Shown here: positions 30,164 through 43,114 of the stretch, in pieces
Layout: every line of letters starts with the position of its first letter
Numbering within the stretch: the first letter of the stretch is position 1
Source of the DNA: Octopus vulgaris
Taxonomy: Eukaryota
Assembly (NCBI GenBank): GCA_951406725.2
Contig: OX597829.1
Location: 5,580,001-5,644,000 of the forward strand
Direction: 5' to 3'
Length of the DNA stretch: 64,000 nt
Program-made: the position numbers and the translations under genes
Notes under the pieces: generated by a model
What the model saw: only the letters and a program-made list of their open reading frames with translations
The model's database searches: none
Told to the model about the DNA's origin: nothing

Positions 30164-31072
30164 TGTGTGTGTGTGTAACTTTACGTCTGTCATTGTCTCC
30201 CAATATCGCTTGACAATCAGGTGTTGGTTTGCTTGTGTCCCCGAAACCTGACGGTTCGCCAACAGTAACCGATAGGCTTAGAACCAGGCATTAAAAAGAG
30301 GCAACCAGGCACACGTATTCACATTGACTGATACATATGCTTTTAATGGTTTTGACCCTTTGACATTGGTCATTTGTTTGGTAAATGCTCTTGCAAAATC
30401 TTCAGCTGGATTTAAGGTCTGGGCAGCTAAGACGTCACGGTTGTGAGTAATGCTCCATTTTCCTCAAAACGGAATTCCTGAATATAAACATTCTAGATTT
30501 CTCGATGTAAATGTATTCGCTATTTATCTACTAACACCGGCATTTGTTGACTATGTTTCGGGAAACACATACCAGGAAACACCACTCGGTGTTTTGGGAG
30601 AGTGTTTTCCACCACGCTAGGTGGCAGCCTACCGGCAAAAACGCTGTACGGTTACGTTACGTATATGTGGTGGATAATGTTTATTACACTAGCGCTGCTT
30701 CTATTTCATATTTCAATTTATCCTTACGTATGCATTGTCCTGGCATACCAGCACATAGTTTGCCCGTTATATGGATATAAGTCGTGGATTGGCGGTGAGA
30801 TTCATCTCCTTTTTCAATAACCTTTAAGTATAGTTTCAGAGAAAGAGAGCAGGAGACAGAAATATAAGATAAAGAGACATATTTGGAGGCAGATAAAGAA
30901 AGTGTATATAGCCGAATAAATGGTGTAAGAAAACCAACCGACTAAACTGTAAGGTATTTATAGTAGGAGGCTGCAACAGTGTGCACTTTCCTCAGATTAC
31001 CAAGGTACGATTCATTATATCATGTCATCAAGACAGCTACCATTGCGATATGGTTCACTTGTCAAGAGTGAA

Positions 31073-31330
31073 GGCGCATGGTTTAATGGTTAGAGTTGTC
31101 AGGTCGTGAGTTTGATATCCGGCAACGATATTTCACGTTGCTCCAGTCCACTTTAGCTGGCAAAAACGAATAGTACCTATATTTTAAAGGGCCAGATTTA
31201 TCCCATTCTGTGTCACGTTGAAACTCCCTGAGAACTGCGTCAATGTTACGAATGTCTGTGGACAGCTCAACCACTTGCACGTTAATTTCACGTGCATCTG
31301 GAACACTCGTCGTCATACCGACGGAGTACC
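31073..31330 (+). mobile_element. Third tRNA-SINE family (Meta/V-domain-like)
   Basis: GGCGCATGGTTTAATGGTTAG head; tttcacgttgctccagtcca; 3' end ctggaacactcgtcgtc..ccgacggag shared with 42518-42828. Confidence 0.75.
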
Positions 31331-33124
31331 AGTTTTAGCTATCAACAGTTCAGTCCATCTGTGAATAGGTGTCACAATGTCGATTAGTACACAGTACTGT
31401 TTATATCATTCAAATACCTAATTGTTAATAGGTCTCACTATCTTGCAGTAGACAAGAATGCTAACAGTATAACATATTCCATGGTACTGTAACTATGACT
31501 GATATCCCGACTCTATGTTGCCCAGTATGCCTTGTTCTAACTCGATATCACAAGACGGTACTGATCACTGTATTATGCCCATGTCTAACATACGCAATTA
31601 TGAACATAGCAGTCTACCTAGCTAGAAATACTACAAAGTAGTAATAATTCAATGTCATATGAAGGTTCTTACATAGAGTTCCCCATCTTCTATAATGTAA
31701 TACCTGTTCTTAAATAGCGCGTCATAAAACGAGTGGGAAATAATTGAGTAAATTACAGAACGTGAATCTTCCATAAGAGAGCTTTCGAAAACGCTTTACA
31801 TTTCAAACCCGATACTTACAAAACACATGATATTCAGTCGAGCTCTTTTATCAAACATATATGCGCACTCCCTTATTTTATAGTAAAACTATATCTTAAA
31901 GCCTAATGTATTATTTACAAACAGTTTAGGGATTAACTTTGACGACTCATTTATATCTGCCTAATTACAGTATCGTCATCAAAATGAATATTTCAGAAGG
32001 TTAGATGTCAGCTCTGAAAGCGCAGACAAGTGGACGAAGATATTTCAGACGTTATTATTACATTTTTTTTTTGACATGGAGTATCTAGGACTATATTATC
32101 ATATGATTCCTTTTTCAAGAGAGTAGCATGCAATTTGAGGGAAATTTAGCTCTTACTTCTTACAAATCACGTTATCATGAAGAATATTTTCTTTTGATGT
32201 TCTGTGCAAGATATCGCTTGTATTAAAATTTATCTGTATGCATCAGCTACAAAAATTAGCAAAATGACATATTCCCTTCATAAAACAAATGAATCTAGAC
32301 TTCGTGAGGGACAGTGAGAGGAAGAATGAATAAATTATGAAAATGAGATATTAACAAACTGCAGTAAGTAGTAGAGGGGGGAATCCCTAAATATTATAAA
32401 ATTCAACTGTGTGTACTGAGCCATAGTGGAAGTATTCTAAAACCGTACGTCTCAAACGAAGCCTAAACGCCAGCGAATAATCTTCTAAAGAATAAGAAAT
32501 ATCTTGCTTGTTGGTAAAAAGAAATAATCTTGTGAAAGCTGCTTACAAGTAAGTCCCTCACACCACGTCAATTTGAAAGAAATTCTTTGGTGAAATAAAG
32601 AGCAATGATAACAAATTTAGACATTCTTTGGAAGAAGACCGTAGTATATCTTATAGCTGTATTACATTACTTAAGCGAAATTCTATCAGTCAAATATATT
32701 ACGCCGTACATCGACGTTTCTGGGACAAACAAACAATCAATTAAAAAAAAAATACGTGTAACATTTTAAAACAACTACAGGACAATTATGAATGGATTGA
32801 TTACTATTATTTTCTAATAAAGTTGTTTTCAACATTATAAGAAGCAGTTTGGGAAGAAGAAAGGAACTAAGAACATGCTTCTTGCCATAAAAGTGATCAC
32901 GGAATTATGACATCAATCAAATATATTCGGGGTACACAGTGACTTGAATATGTGAAGTAGAAAATAGGTATTAAACTTAGGAGGGTGCTTTGCGAGTGGC
33001 TCCTACTATAGCCTCGATTTCATCAATATCTTGCGAATTTTTGAAAGGGATTTCGAAGCTGAAAACTGTACATTATATATTTTATTTACATTATTTACAT
33101 TTGACGGATCTTTGTCCTCATCTT

Positions 33125-33394
33125 AGTTAGTTAGTTAGTTAATTTGGCTCATAAGCAAATAGCAAGGCCATGTAGGGGGACATGGAGTTAAGTACAGGGT
33201 GGTGTTCATGTAAAGAGTTCAGGCCACTTGAGGTCCAGGGAGGCTTTGAACAAAGCGGTCGTCGGCATCTTCACCATCTCGTCTGGCAGCTTGTTCCACG
33301 GATCCGCAACCCGGACGGAGAAAGCTCCTCTCCTTCGATTGAGATGAAATCGTCGCAGGTAGAGCTTTTCGGAATAACCCCGCAGCCGACGCTC
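33125..33394 (-). mobile_element. CR1-clade LINE 3' end inserted in the left arm of the fold-back
   Basis: LRGYSEKLYLRRFHLNRRRGAFSVRVADPWNKLPDEMV..FKASLD. 3' tail (TAAC)n; ctt at both junctions. Confidence 0.88.
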
Positions 33395-33407
33395 CTTGTT
33401 TGTTGTT

Positions 33408-33453
33408 AACACAACATTTCGACTGATATACCCTTCAGCCTTCTTCAGGTGTC
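33408..33453 (-). ncRNA. Minimal type I hammerhead ribozyme motif (left arm)
   Basis: Minus strand: gacac CTGAAGA a GGCTG aagggtatat CAGTC GAAA tgtt gtgtt. Confidence 0.6.
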
Positions 33454-33500
33454 TTGGGGAAATTTCGAACTTGAGTTCTCATTCCTAAGGTATTTTTCGA

Positions 33501-33537
<37 letters not shown>

Positions 33538-33565
33538 ATTATTATTATTATTATTATTGTTGTTG

Positions 33566-33603
<38 letters not shown>

Positions 33604-33645
33604 AATAATAATAATAACAATAATAATAATAACAACAATATTAAT

Positions 33646-33710
<65 letters not shown>

Positions 33711-33711
33711 C

Positions 33712-33743
<32 letters not shown>

Positions 33744-33756
33744 CAACAATATTAAT

Positions 33757-33820
<64 letters not shown>

Positions 33821-33879
33821 GTAACGATAACATCGAAAAATACCTTAGGAATGAGAACCCAGGTTTGAAATTTCCCCAA

Positions 33880-33925
33880 GACACCTGATGAAGGCTGGAG
33901 GGTATATCAGCCGAAATGTTGTGTT
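33880..33925 (+). ncRNA. Minimal type I hammerhead ribozyme motif (right arm)
   Basis: gACAC CTGATGA a GGCTG gagggtatat CAGCC GAAA tgtt GTGTt. Helix I ACAC/GTGT, helix II GGCTG/CAGCC; helix III is one C>T change from palindromic AACGTT. Confidence 0.65.
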
Positions 33926-34775
33926 AACAACAAACAAGATGAGGACAAAGATCCCATCAAATGTAAATAATGTACATAATTCCTCATCTCTTAAATATAG
34001 GACTGAGTTACATACGTGTGTGTGTGTGTGTGTGTGTGTAGTAAAAGGAGGGATATAATATCCAGGCAGATACCGAATTTCTCTATATACAATCCCAACG
34101 TTGGTTCCTTCAGATGGTGAGTTTTACGGTAAATTTCCTATAAACTCGCATGTAAATATCAAATACTTGCATGGAAGGTATGAAAGTACTATATGTGGTG
34201 GGTTGATCGTTTTATTTGTCTTCATAATTTCAGTCTGCTAAATCTAATATTTTACCGAGATTTAGATCTCAGAAAGCGTCACCTGTACAACTGCAACCCC
34301 ATAAATATATATAAGAGATATTTTCAATTGCATCGCATCACACGCAAGAAAAAAACATTTATATATATGTGTGTGTGTGTGTGCGTGCATGTATATGTTT
34401 GTGTGTGTGTGTGTGTGTGTGTGTCTGTGTGTGTGTGTGTCTGTGTGTATACACGAATGCACATCTTTTGAAGTCTAGTTAGCTACTTGGAGATGAATTA
34501 ATTATCAATCCAGGACGTACGTAGACTTGTATGAATCTACAGTTGGAACGGGAGGGGCATGAGGTGATAGAATTTGGTAATAGTAATGTGGAATGTGTTG
34601 TACAAGGCCAGTTTCAGCAAAGGTGTTACTTCCTACCATAAAATAGTACCTTTTCTTTTATCACTCTGAAGGAACGTTTATGATTTGATCTTAAGAAAGT
34701 AAAGGGCAGGGGAAATATCACAAAAATGTTCGTGCGACTCTAAGTTCTTTCAATCCACCGACGAAGGAATGAATA

Positions 34776-34805
34776 AACAACAACGATAACAGCAGCAGCA
34801 GCAGC

Positions 34806-34864
<59 letters not shown>

Positions 34865-34881
34865 CGACGACAACAACAACA
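34776..34881. repeat. (CAG)/(CAA)n microsatellite
   Basis: Directly visible. Confidence 0.97.
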
Positions 34882-34883
34882 AT

Positions 34884-37500
34884 ATTTTTTTCTTTATTGG
34901 CTACTTGAACCGAATACGAAGCAAAGAGGAACAGTACAAAAATGTGTGGGGTTTAGTACAAAAGTACGTATATACAATAAAAACAAGAACAATTAACAAC
35001 CAAATTTAGAAAGTAGAATTCCCCAAAATTGGTGTTAGGGGTTCCGCCCAGGGTCAGCCAAAGAACTCCACATATCATGGTAAGCCTACCACGAAGGGCA
35101 CCTCAGCAGGTACCTCTTACCTTTTCAACAAATCCGCTTTACAAGCGTACCTTCAGAATAGAACCATTCACACGAGCCATTTTCGCTGCATTCACCAACC
35201 TTTCAAGAAAAATACTGGAGGACAGCATTTCCATGACCACCCTCACTTTCCGTTTCAAGTGGAATTTGAAAAGGTCGTCGGGAGCTTGGCCGAAGAGGAA
35301 AGTATCTTCAGTGCTTTCAGCCTCGTCCACCACACTACCTCTTTCGTCATAGCCAGCCACCGAACGAGAAAAACTGTCCCGACCCCCTTTCCGACTAAAA
35401 GAAGGCGGCGGGACGATGCTGATAACCGATGGACTCGGCTGATAACCGAGCAGTCTTACATACGTCAAAGCAGCTCCACAAGAGAGCAATACGATTTCAT
35501 TGTTCTGTTCACATCTCGGACAGGTCTATCTCACAGCACTTCCGTGTTTGCGGAAGTTGTCTCAAACCGGCAGATTTCCACGGTAACACTGCCAGGCCAG
35601 GTTTCTGGAAATTATCCATTAGCTCTGTCCCGAAAGTTCTCTGGAAAAGACAAGCTAGTTGATCCCTCTCGACGTTACCCTGAGGACGTCGTCGCTCTTT
35701 CCCGCCACTAATTCCCTACAATATTCCATTGTGGAATTTCCACCGACCTCATTGCCCGACTGGCAGGGGTCTGCGAGTGCTTGCCGAAACCCCAGGAGTC
35801 AAGTACTCTTTCTTGGTCTATGCTTGATCCAGGACTGTGGCTCCGTCAATAAGTAAAGCTGCAGAAAATTCTGTCTGACAAATGGCGACCACACCTGCTC
35901 ACTGTTAAGAAAACGCTGGAGATGGCACAGCCTCAGAACATGCCTTCGCATCATTAGCTATAGCATGACCAGCCCTCCACGAGCAGAACATGTCCCTTCC
36001 GCAGAAAACGGAAGAGAAAGCGCTCCGACTTGATCAGTCAAGGAGCAGGGCAAGGGACGACGATCAGGCGTACGCATTCGACACCTGCGCCCAACTCTTC
36101 AGGAACTGCTTTCTTTCTGCCCATTACTGGGTGAGACTGACCACCCTGCTCGTCCACCTGGAGGTCCGGACTAAACCAGGCCCCTGGAATTTTAACCAGT
36201 CCATCCGATCAGCGCCTTACGATGCTGTCAGGGAACATGGACCTGTCTCTCCAGGTGTCGAGCTGCAAATCTGCTGTCTTTTCCTGGTTAATCTTTACAT
36301 CTGTCACCGCTTCGGATTCCTTTAGGGTGGTGCCGATCATCTCGATTTCCGAGATGTTTGACAGCATTATGGCGATATCGTCCACATCAGCCGACACAAA
36401 CCTTCCTCATCCTAGTTCATGCAGTATACCCTTCGAAAATCTAACTTTCTTAGCAAGGGTGCGCATTCTTGACGGACTGAATGCGCGATGATAGGTAACC
36501 ATTTACTCCGATAGGTAACCATTTACATTGATTACTGAACAGATGTTGTGCATTGCAGCGAACCAGCCTCTGAAAACGGGACAGAAACGGACCACTACGA
36601 CCCTATCAAAAGCTCCTGATTGATCCAAATTGATCAGGGATCCTCCCATACTAGATCCCTCCCTTTCCTCTCTTTGACGTAGTGAGTGAGATGGAGGTCG
36701 TCGTGTATAGATCTGTTTGGGATAGCACATGTCTGCGCGTTACTAACCAGCTTATCGACAGCAAGCACCAATCTCTTGGCTAACACCTTGGCCAAAATCT
36801 TGTAGCCTGCGTTCAGCAGAGTTGCGAGCCTAAAATTATCTATCCTTCCACCTCTGTTCGGGTCTTTTCTCAGCATCTCTAGATCACGGCTCACAGCACT
36901 GGGGATACTCTTTTTCTGCTGTCAGTCGAGGTAGACATCCGCCAAGGGGAGATCCCGGAACAGGTCTTGCATATGAGGATAAAGCTCAAAATAACAGGCC
37001 AGAGACTTCTCCCTTGTGCAATCCGTCATCGCCCGCCGTATGTCTTCGACTGTTATCGGAATTTCGTTGAACTCTGCATACCAGGCTGAAAGGTGCGGCA
37101 TGCTGTCGAGACAGGAGAGGAAATCAATTCGTTGTCTCCTCCCCTTCACATACATTACTTTCGACAATGTTATTGTTACTGTTGTTTCTACCAACACCCT
37201 CACTGGTCGTCTAACATTTGTCAGGGCAGAAAGAGAGGAATGTGGAGGAAAGTCTTCATCTGTAAGAGGGCTGATGGGAAAGAGTTTTCTTTTTGATTGT
37301 TTATTTACAGGTCGATTTTTATTTAAAACGCCAATCGAGCGTTTTTGTGGAAGCAAAATATTGCGCCTTACGGAGCAAAAACAACCACTGAGCACCAGCC
37401 AAGAGATTTTTGGTGTTCTTATTAACAAATTAGAACAAAAACTACACATAAAACAATAATGGAAGCCAACAATTATAAATGAAACTCGAGCAGCGTCTTC
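34884..37500 (-). mobile_element. Tx1/L1-clade LINE, decayed, 5' region joined to RT
   Basis: PITVEDIRRAM, NFRLATLLNAGYKILAKVLAKRL, AQTCAIPNRSIHDDLH, LINLDQSGAFDRV, SADVDDI, FKFHLKRKVRV. 3' end gccaataaagaaaaaaa. Confidence 0.88.
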
Positions 37501-37559
37501 AAGACTATGTTCGCAGCAAATAATGAAACATTGATGATGATGAGGTCTTGGACAAAAAG

Positions 37560-39150
37560 GAAACTGTTATTAGTTCTTTCAGTCTCGACCAGCACATAAC
37601 CTTTTTCGTCATATCTCCCGATGAGAGGAAAACTACATGCTCATCCGGTCAAAGGAAGATAGTGGGGCGATATTCATGGTGAAGTCAGCCGATAGCCAAA
37701 TCCGTCAAACATGTTATAATAGCTTTTCAACATAACTCCTCAAATTAGCAATGTTCAAGCACTGTACGAGTGCGAATAGGATGGTTTCATTATTCTGAGC
37801 GCATGTCGGGAAGTCGCTGATGATGGCACAACCGTGCCTTCAGAGTTTATTCTGATCCAGCAATACCTTTAATAGAACTGCTAGTTAAAAGATTGCTGGA
37901 AACAATCCATTGTCCTCGAACCGAAAGTATTCCGGAGAACACAAGTCAGTTGATTTTCATCGGCGCTCAGAGTTTTCTCGGGAACATCGTTACTCTTATC
38001 CACCATTAATCCTCTAAAGAACGCCATGGTGGAACATCTAGTGAATCGAATTGTTCGACTGGCAGTGGGCTATGAAAGCCAGACATTAATTAGGTACTAA
38101 GCGTCTTCCTTCGGTCTGTGTTAGATCCAAGTCTTTGTGAAAGTGACGAACTTGCGGGGAAGCGATTCTGACAAACAGCGATCACACGTGTTCATCGTTA
38201 AAGAAACGCTGGAAATGACGTCTCAGCGCATGATCCAGACTGCAGGTCTATCAAATTGATGTGATGTGGAAAAGGTCAACTGACTCAGCGACTGTAGATG
38301 CTCACGTCATCACCTAGAGATGTCGCAGCCTCAGTGCATGTCGGCATGTTATCAGCCATGGCATATCATGTCCTCTAAACAGCGGCCACTGAAAGCAAAT
38401 TTAGCACCTGACCAATGGGACCCGTCCCCTTTACCAAAAGCGGAAGAGCTGGCGTTCTATTTCTGTGAGGCGTGAACTAAGGTAGGACATGATGCTTAGG
38501 TGCTGCTATATGATGGAGGCAATGTAAGCATTCGCCCTTCCTCCCGACCTTTCAAAAAAAACAACTTTATTTCCTTTCTACGCGAGATTAGCCACCCTGT
38601 TCATAACTTCGTTCCAGTCCCTCCCTAGTTGGAGATCTGGACAAAACCAGACTTCACAAATTAAGTAGGTCCGTCCGAACAGTGCCTCATGACACCGTGC
38701 CAAAGAAAGGGCCTCCTTCCCTACTGATTGATTATTGACTCTGTGATCTGTATAGCCGACGATTTTAAACTGAAGATTACTTATGTGTCACTCTTTACAA
38801 TTCTACAGAATACTATATCTTGATACTATCCGGATAACCCGACGCAGCTAGTCCAAGTTCATATTTGCACATTCGAAGAATCTAATCGGTACCTGTCAGC
38901 TAGTTGGAAACAGCGAGTTTGCGAAGGTTCTGCACATACTCTCCTTTCAGATAGCACAATCCAAATGTGCATCTGAGATGGCGTTTCAATCGCTCTTTAA
39001 CTCTCACAAACAGGACATCTTGACGTAAATCTCCAGGCGATTGAAGAATTACGGTTGCTCGTCTCTGTCAGAGTGTAAATAATTACTAGTCAGAAGTAAA
39101 CACCTTCGCCACTGCACACGGTCAGGACCATCAACTTGACAGGTGAGTCT
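37560..39150 (-). mobile_element. Older Tx1-like LINE debris (APE remnant and post-RT region)
   Basis: FQLADRYRLD..TWT..DIVFCR (APE); WFCPDLQL, RQLFRFW, ICFQWPL, ETILFALVQC as in the younger copies. Confidence 0.75.
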
Positions 39151-39949
39151 GTATCGTGAGGTCTAGACCTTTCAAAAAAACAACACAACTGCTATCCTAT
39201 CCTACAGACGGATAGGTACATTGGTTATAAGAACAGACAGGCACACATACGCAAATGGAGACTGAAACACATGACCATATATACACACACTTTACTCCAC
39301 ACAAAGACACACATGGAGACACGGATCCACACATATAGAGATGCACATTCATACATACAAACATGGTACATAGTTACATAACACACATACACACAGACAT
39401 GCACACACAAGGAGACAGAGGTGCATACATATACAAACACATGCTAACACACACATACATAAAAAATACACAAACACGGACATGCAAGCACATAAATATA
39501 GAGGATACGTACAAACAGATGCACACACATACATACATATATACATACATACATACACATATATACATACGTACACATGGAAACACACACATACATACAT
39601 ACGTACATGCATGCATCTATAGGCACACACACACACTGACCCACACACATGCGCACAAACAAACAAAAGGGAACGCAGTGTAAATAACGGACAGAGTCAA
39701 GACTATTGAAAAGGTTGCAAGACGCAACGAAAATTTTAGAAAATAAAAAATAAGAAATAAGTGGACATTTTACCGGTGAGTGTGTTAAATAATAAGGCAC
39801 TAAAAGAGAATGACTCTCCCCAGACACAACAGAATAATAATAATCCTTTCTACTAAAGGCACAAGGCCTGACATTTTGGTGGAGGGAATAAGTCGATTAT
39901 ATCGACCCCAGTGTTTCACTGGTATTTAATTTTTCGACCCCGAAAAGAA

Positions 39950-41270
39950 CAGGTTTGAACACCGTCCAGGGCCAGTCATTGAGGGAGAGAATGTTGCCAT
40001 TCTATGGGATTATGGAATACGTACAGGTAAATAAATGTTAAAAGACCAGACATCGTCATCAAAGACCTAAAGCAAAAAGAAGCCTGTTAATTGATATGAT
40101 AATACCTACTGATAGAAACATCTCAGCAAAGGAATTTGAAAAGAGCTGCCGAAATATAAGGACTTTGGTATTGAGATATCTAGGACGTGGCAGTTATAAG
40201 CGAAAACTATCCCAGTTGAAGTAGGTACCATGGGAATGACCAAGAAAAGTACTGACAATTTTTTTTATCAGCGTCCTAGGAAGCCAACAATTGTCCACGT
40301 TCTCAAGAAGGGTATTTTTTTTTCCATCTAATATATACGTGCCTTAGGTCTCTAGTTGAGATCTGGTCGGAAGATGAAATAAGATGCAATTCAATTGGAA
40401 AATAACAACAACAACAACGACAACAAATTTTGTTGTTAATTGTTCTTGATTTTATTGTATTTACGTATTTTTGCCCCATTCGTCTCCTGTTTTGTATTCG
40501 GCCAATAAAGAAATATGCCAACACAACATAAAAACTGACAATAATCTGTATAAACGAATGTCAAAAGAAGGTAAATGACAACAACCAGGTCACAATCGTC
40601 TGAGATACGCCGATTCAAACTAACAAAGAAATAAAATCTAACCTCCCAGATATAATAATCACGGATTGGAGGCGGGGAACATCTGATTATTGATAGACAT
40701 TGCAGTACGTTCCGACCAAAATAGGGCCCAGAAAGAAATGGAGAAATTGTCAACGTACAAAGACCTCAAACTAAGGTATTCACAATGTAGGGCATAAAGG
40801 TGAAAACAATGCCAATAATAATTGAAGAATTAGGCATGATAAAAAAATCATATGAAGAAAAACGTAGACGCTATACCTGAACCCTCAGAACTACACATAA
40901 TACAGAAAGTAGCCCTGCTAGGAAAAGCCCACATCCTACGCATGACACTATCAATTCAATATTACAACCTAATCAAAACAATCCACAAACACGAGACACA
41001 CTCTATATAGTAAATATCCAATGAAACAAACAACCACCAGCAAGCTAAATACCCAATGTATTAAACACGCAACACGCAGTACAAACACTAACGAGACATT
41101 GCACCAGACACCATAACAAGTGAAACTGACGCAATGCAATACCGGGAAAAGATTGCACTCCCTCAACAACAAAAAGACACACAAACAATGCTGCACACAC
41201 TCCAGAAATACGGAGTTGTAACATGTGATGGTGTAGAAATTTGCTTGAAACTAGCAGATGCTGAACAAGA
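39950..41270 (+). mobile_element. Two tandem decayed R4/Dong endonuclease/3'UTR fragments
   Basis: ENVAILWDYGIRT..RPDIVIKD..LIDMIIPTDRN; second copy PPDIII..IIDRHCS..IQKVALLGKAHILRMTLSI*. Confidence 0.8.
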
Positions 41271-41302
41271 AGAAGAACAACAACAATAATAATAATAATA
41301 AA

Positions 41303-41830
41303 TGCCTTGATGCAGTACAAGTAGTTGCTCTCGAGGCTTCTGATTGGAATTGTTATCATATACATTGTTTTGTCTTGGTATGGGCAACAACAAATATTCT
41401 GCTCAATACCACAGATTTGCTTGTCAGTTGTTTGACCTTAACTAGTTGAGCATGTCACTTGGTGGCTGACGATATGTGCATCTCTGATCACGAGCAGAAG
41501 TAGTGGGGGAGCATCATGGCCGTGTGTTGAGAGGGATTCTTTGGGGGTTTGAATAATTCACCTCTGGAAACATGGGTGTTTCTTTCAACATCCTTAAACA
41601 ACCCTTATTCAGGGACCTTTTGAGCGGGATGACCTACTCGATCTGAAGAAAATTCTAACCGGGCTCCCACCTGCAAGGTCATGTGCTGTTTATCTCGATA
41701 TGAAATCACCATGTCGCGCACATATGGTTGTGGTGCATGTGCCTGATGTATTCTTATCATATGTGGAGTCATGAAAGGTATACTGAGCTTTGTATATTTT
41801 ACCCCAGTGTCACTCTGATGGCATGTACTG
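41303..41830 (+). mobile_element. Element A, copy 4
   Basis: Preceded by (AAT)n and followed by (AAT)/(GAT)n; homologous to 15598 and 6103. Confidence 0.85.
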
Positions 41831-41836
41831 ATAATA

Positions 41837-41873
<37 letters not shown>

Positions 41874-41911
41874 GGATGATGATGATGATGATGATGTTGG
41901 ATTATTAAACA

Positions 41912-42293
41912 CTAGCAGTATCGCCCGGCGTTGCTCGGGTTTGTAAGGGAAATAACTGTATAAGCATTTTTAGAGATGTAAAGTATAATAGCCATCTCAA
42001 TATGGCTAACCACAAAGAGGGGGCGGGTGTTACTGTAGCTTTTTACGTTCTGAGATTTAATAATAAATTTTTAGAGAGTTACTTCCCTTATATATGCCAA
42101 AAATGCATTAAAAATGGGAAAAATTGATGGTAAATTATTTTTTAAATCGTAGACTCATCGTAGAAGGGCTCGATATAAATCACGACTATAAGATACCCGG
42201 TTTTGGTTAAACTGCACCGCAAAATGTGGGAGTAGTTAGGAATCTAAATCGTAGGAGACAGACAGCACACAACCTCACTTTTATATATAAAGA
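41912..42293 (-). mobile_element. Non-autonomous Helitron
   Basis: Minus strand: A|TCTTTATATA 5' end; 3' hairpin cccgagcaacgccggg then ctgCTAG|T (AT target). Confidence 0.85.
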
Positions 42294-42294
42294 T

Positions 42295-42445
42295 TTCTAG
42301 TATAGGCACAGTGCACACAATTTTGAGGGATGGACTAATCGATGACATCTGCTCCGGGGCTCAACCAAAACATATTTTATTGACTCCAAAATGAAGAAAG
42401 CAAAGTGAATCTCGGCAGAATTTAAATTCAGAAAGTAAAGACGAA
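42295..42445 (-). mobile_element. Nin-domain SINE, diverged partial
   Basis: ttctagtataggcacag..aatcgatgacatc..aaagtgaatctcggcagaattt. Confidence 0.65.
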
Positions 42446-42517
42446 GACTTAAATATAAGTACGTATCTGTATATAAATATAGATGCGTATGACTGTGCAT
42501 ATGTTAATATAGGTCAA

Positions 42518-42828
42518 GGCACGTGGCTTGGTACTTCGCGTACTCAGTTCACGATCTGAGGATCATGAGTTCGGATTATGGCGGTACGTTGAGTCTTTGA
42601 GCAAGACACACTAACTCACGTTGCTCCAATCCAAGAAAATTTAGTTGCGCCTGTTATTCAAAGGGCCAGCCTTGTCACGTTCTGTGTGAAGCTGAATCCC
42701 ACCAAGAACTACGTTAAGGTAACGTGTGCCTGCGGAGTGCTCAGCCTCTTGCACGTTAATTTCTTGAGCGGGCTGTTCCATTGATCGGATCATCTGGAAC
42801 ACTCGTCGTCGTAACCGACGGAGTGCCA
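42518..42828 (+). mobile_element. Third tRNA-SINE family, second copy
   Basis: ggcacgtggcttgg..gagttcgg..ttgagcaagacac..cacgttgctcca..aaagggccag..cttgcacgttaatttc; homologous to 31073. Confidence 0.78.
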
Positions 42829-42875
42829 ATATCTATAACTACAGATCTAACCACCTATCAATATATTTTTCAAAG

Positions 42876-43112
<237 letters not shown>

Positions 43113-43114
<2 letters not shown>

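Larger units (their letters stand above)
33087..33974. mobile_element. Fold-back pair of Penelope-like pseudo-LTR fragments around a palindromic microsatellite
   Basis: 33087-33124 plus 33398-33504 is the reverse complement of 33829-33974. The spacer switches from (TTG/TTA)n to (TAA/CAA)n at 33600/33601. Confidence 0.8.
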
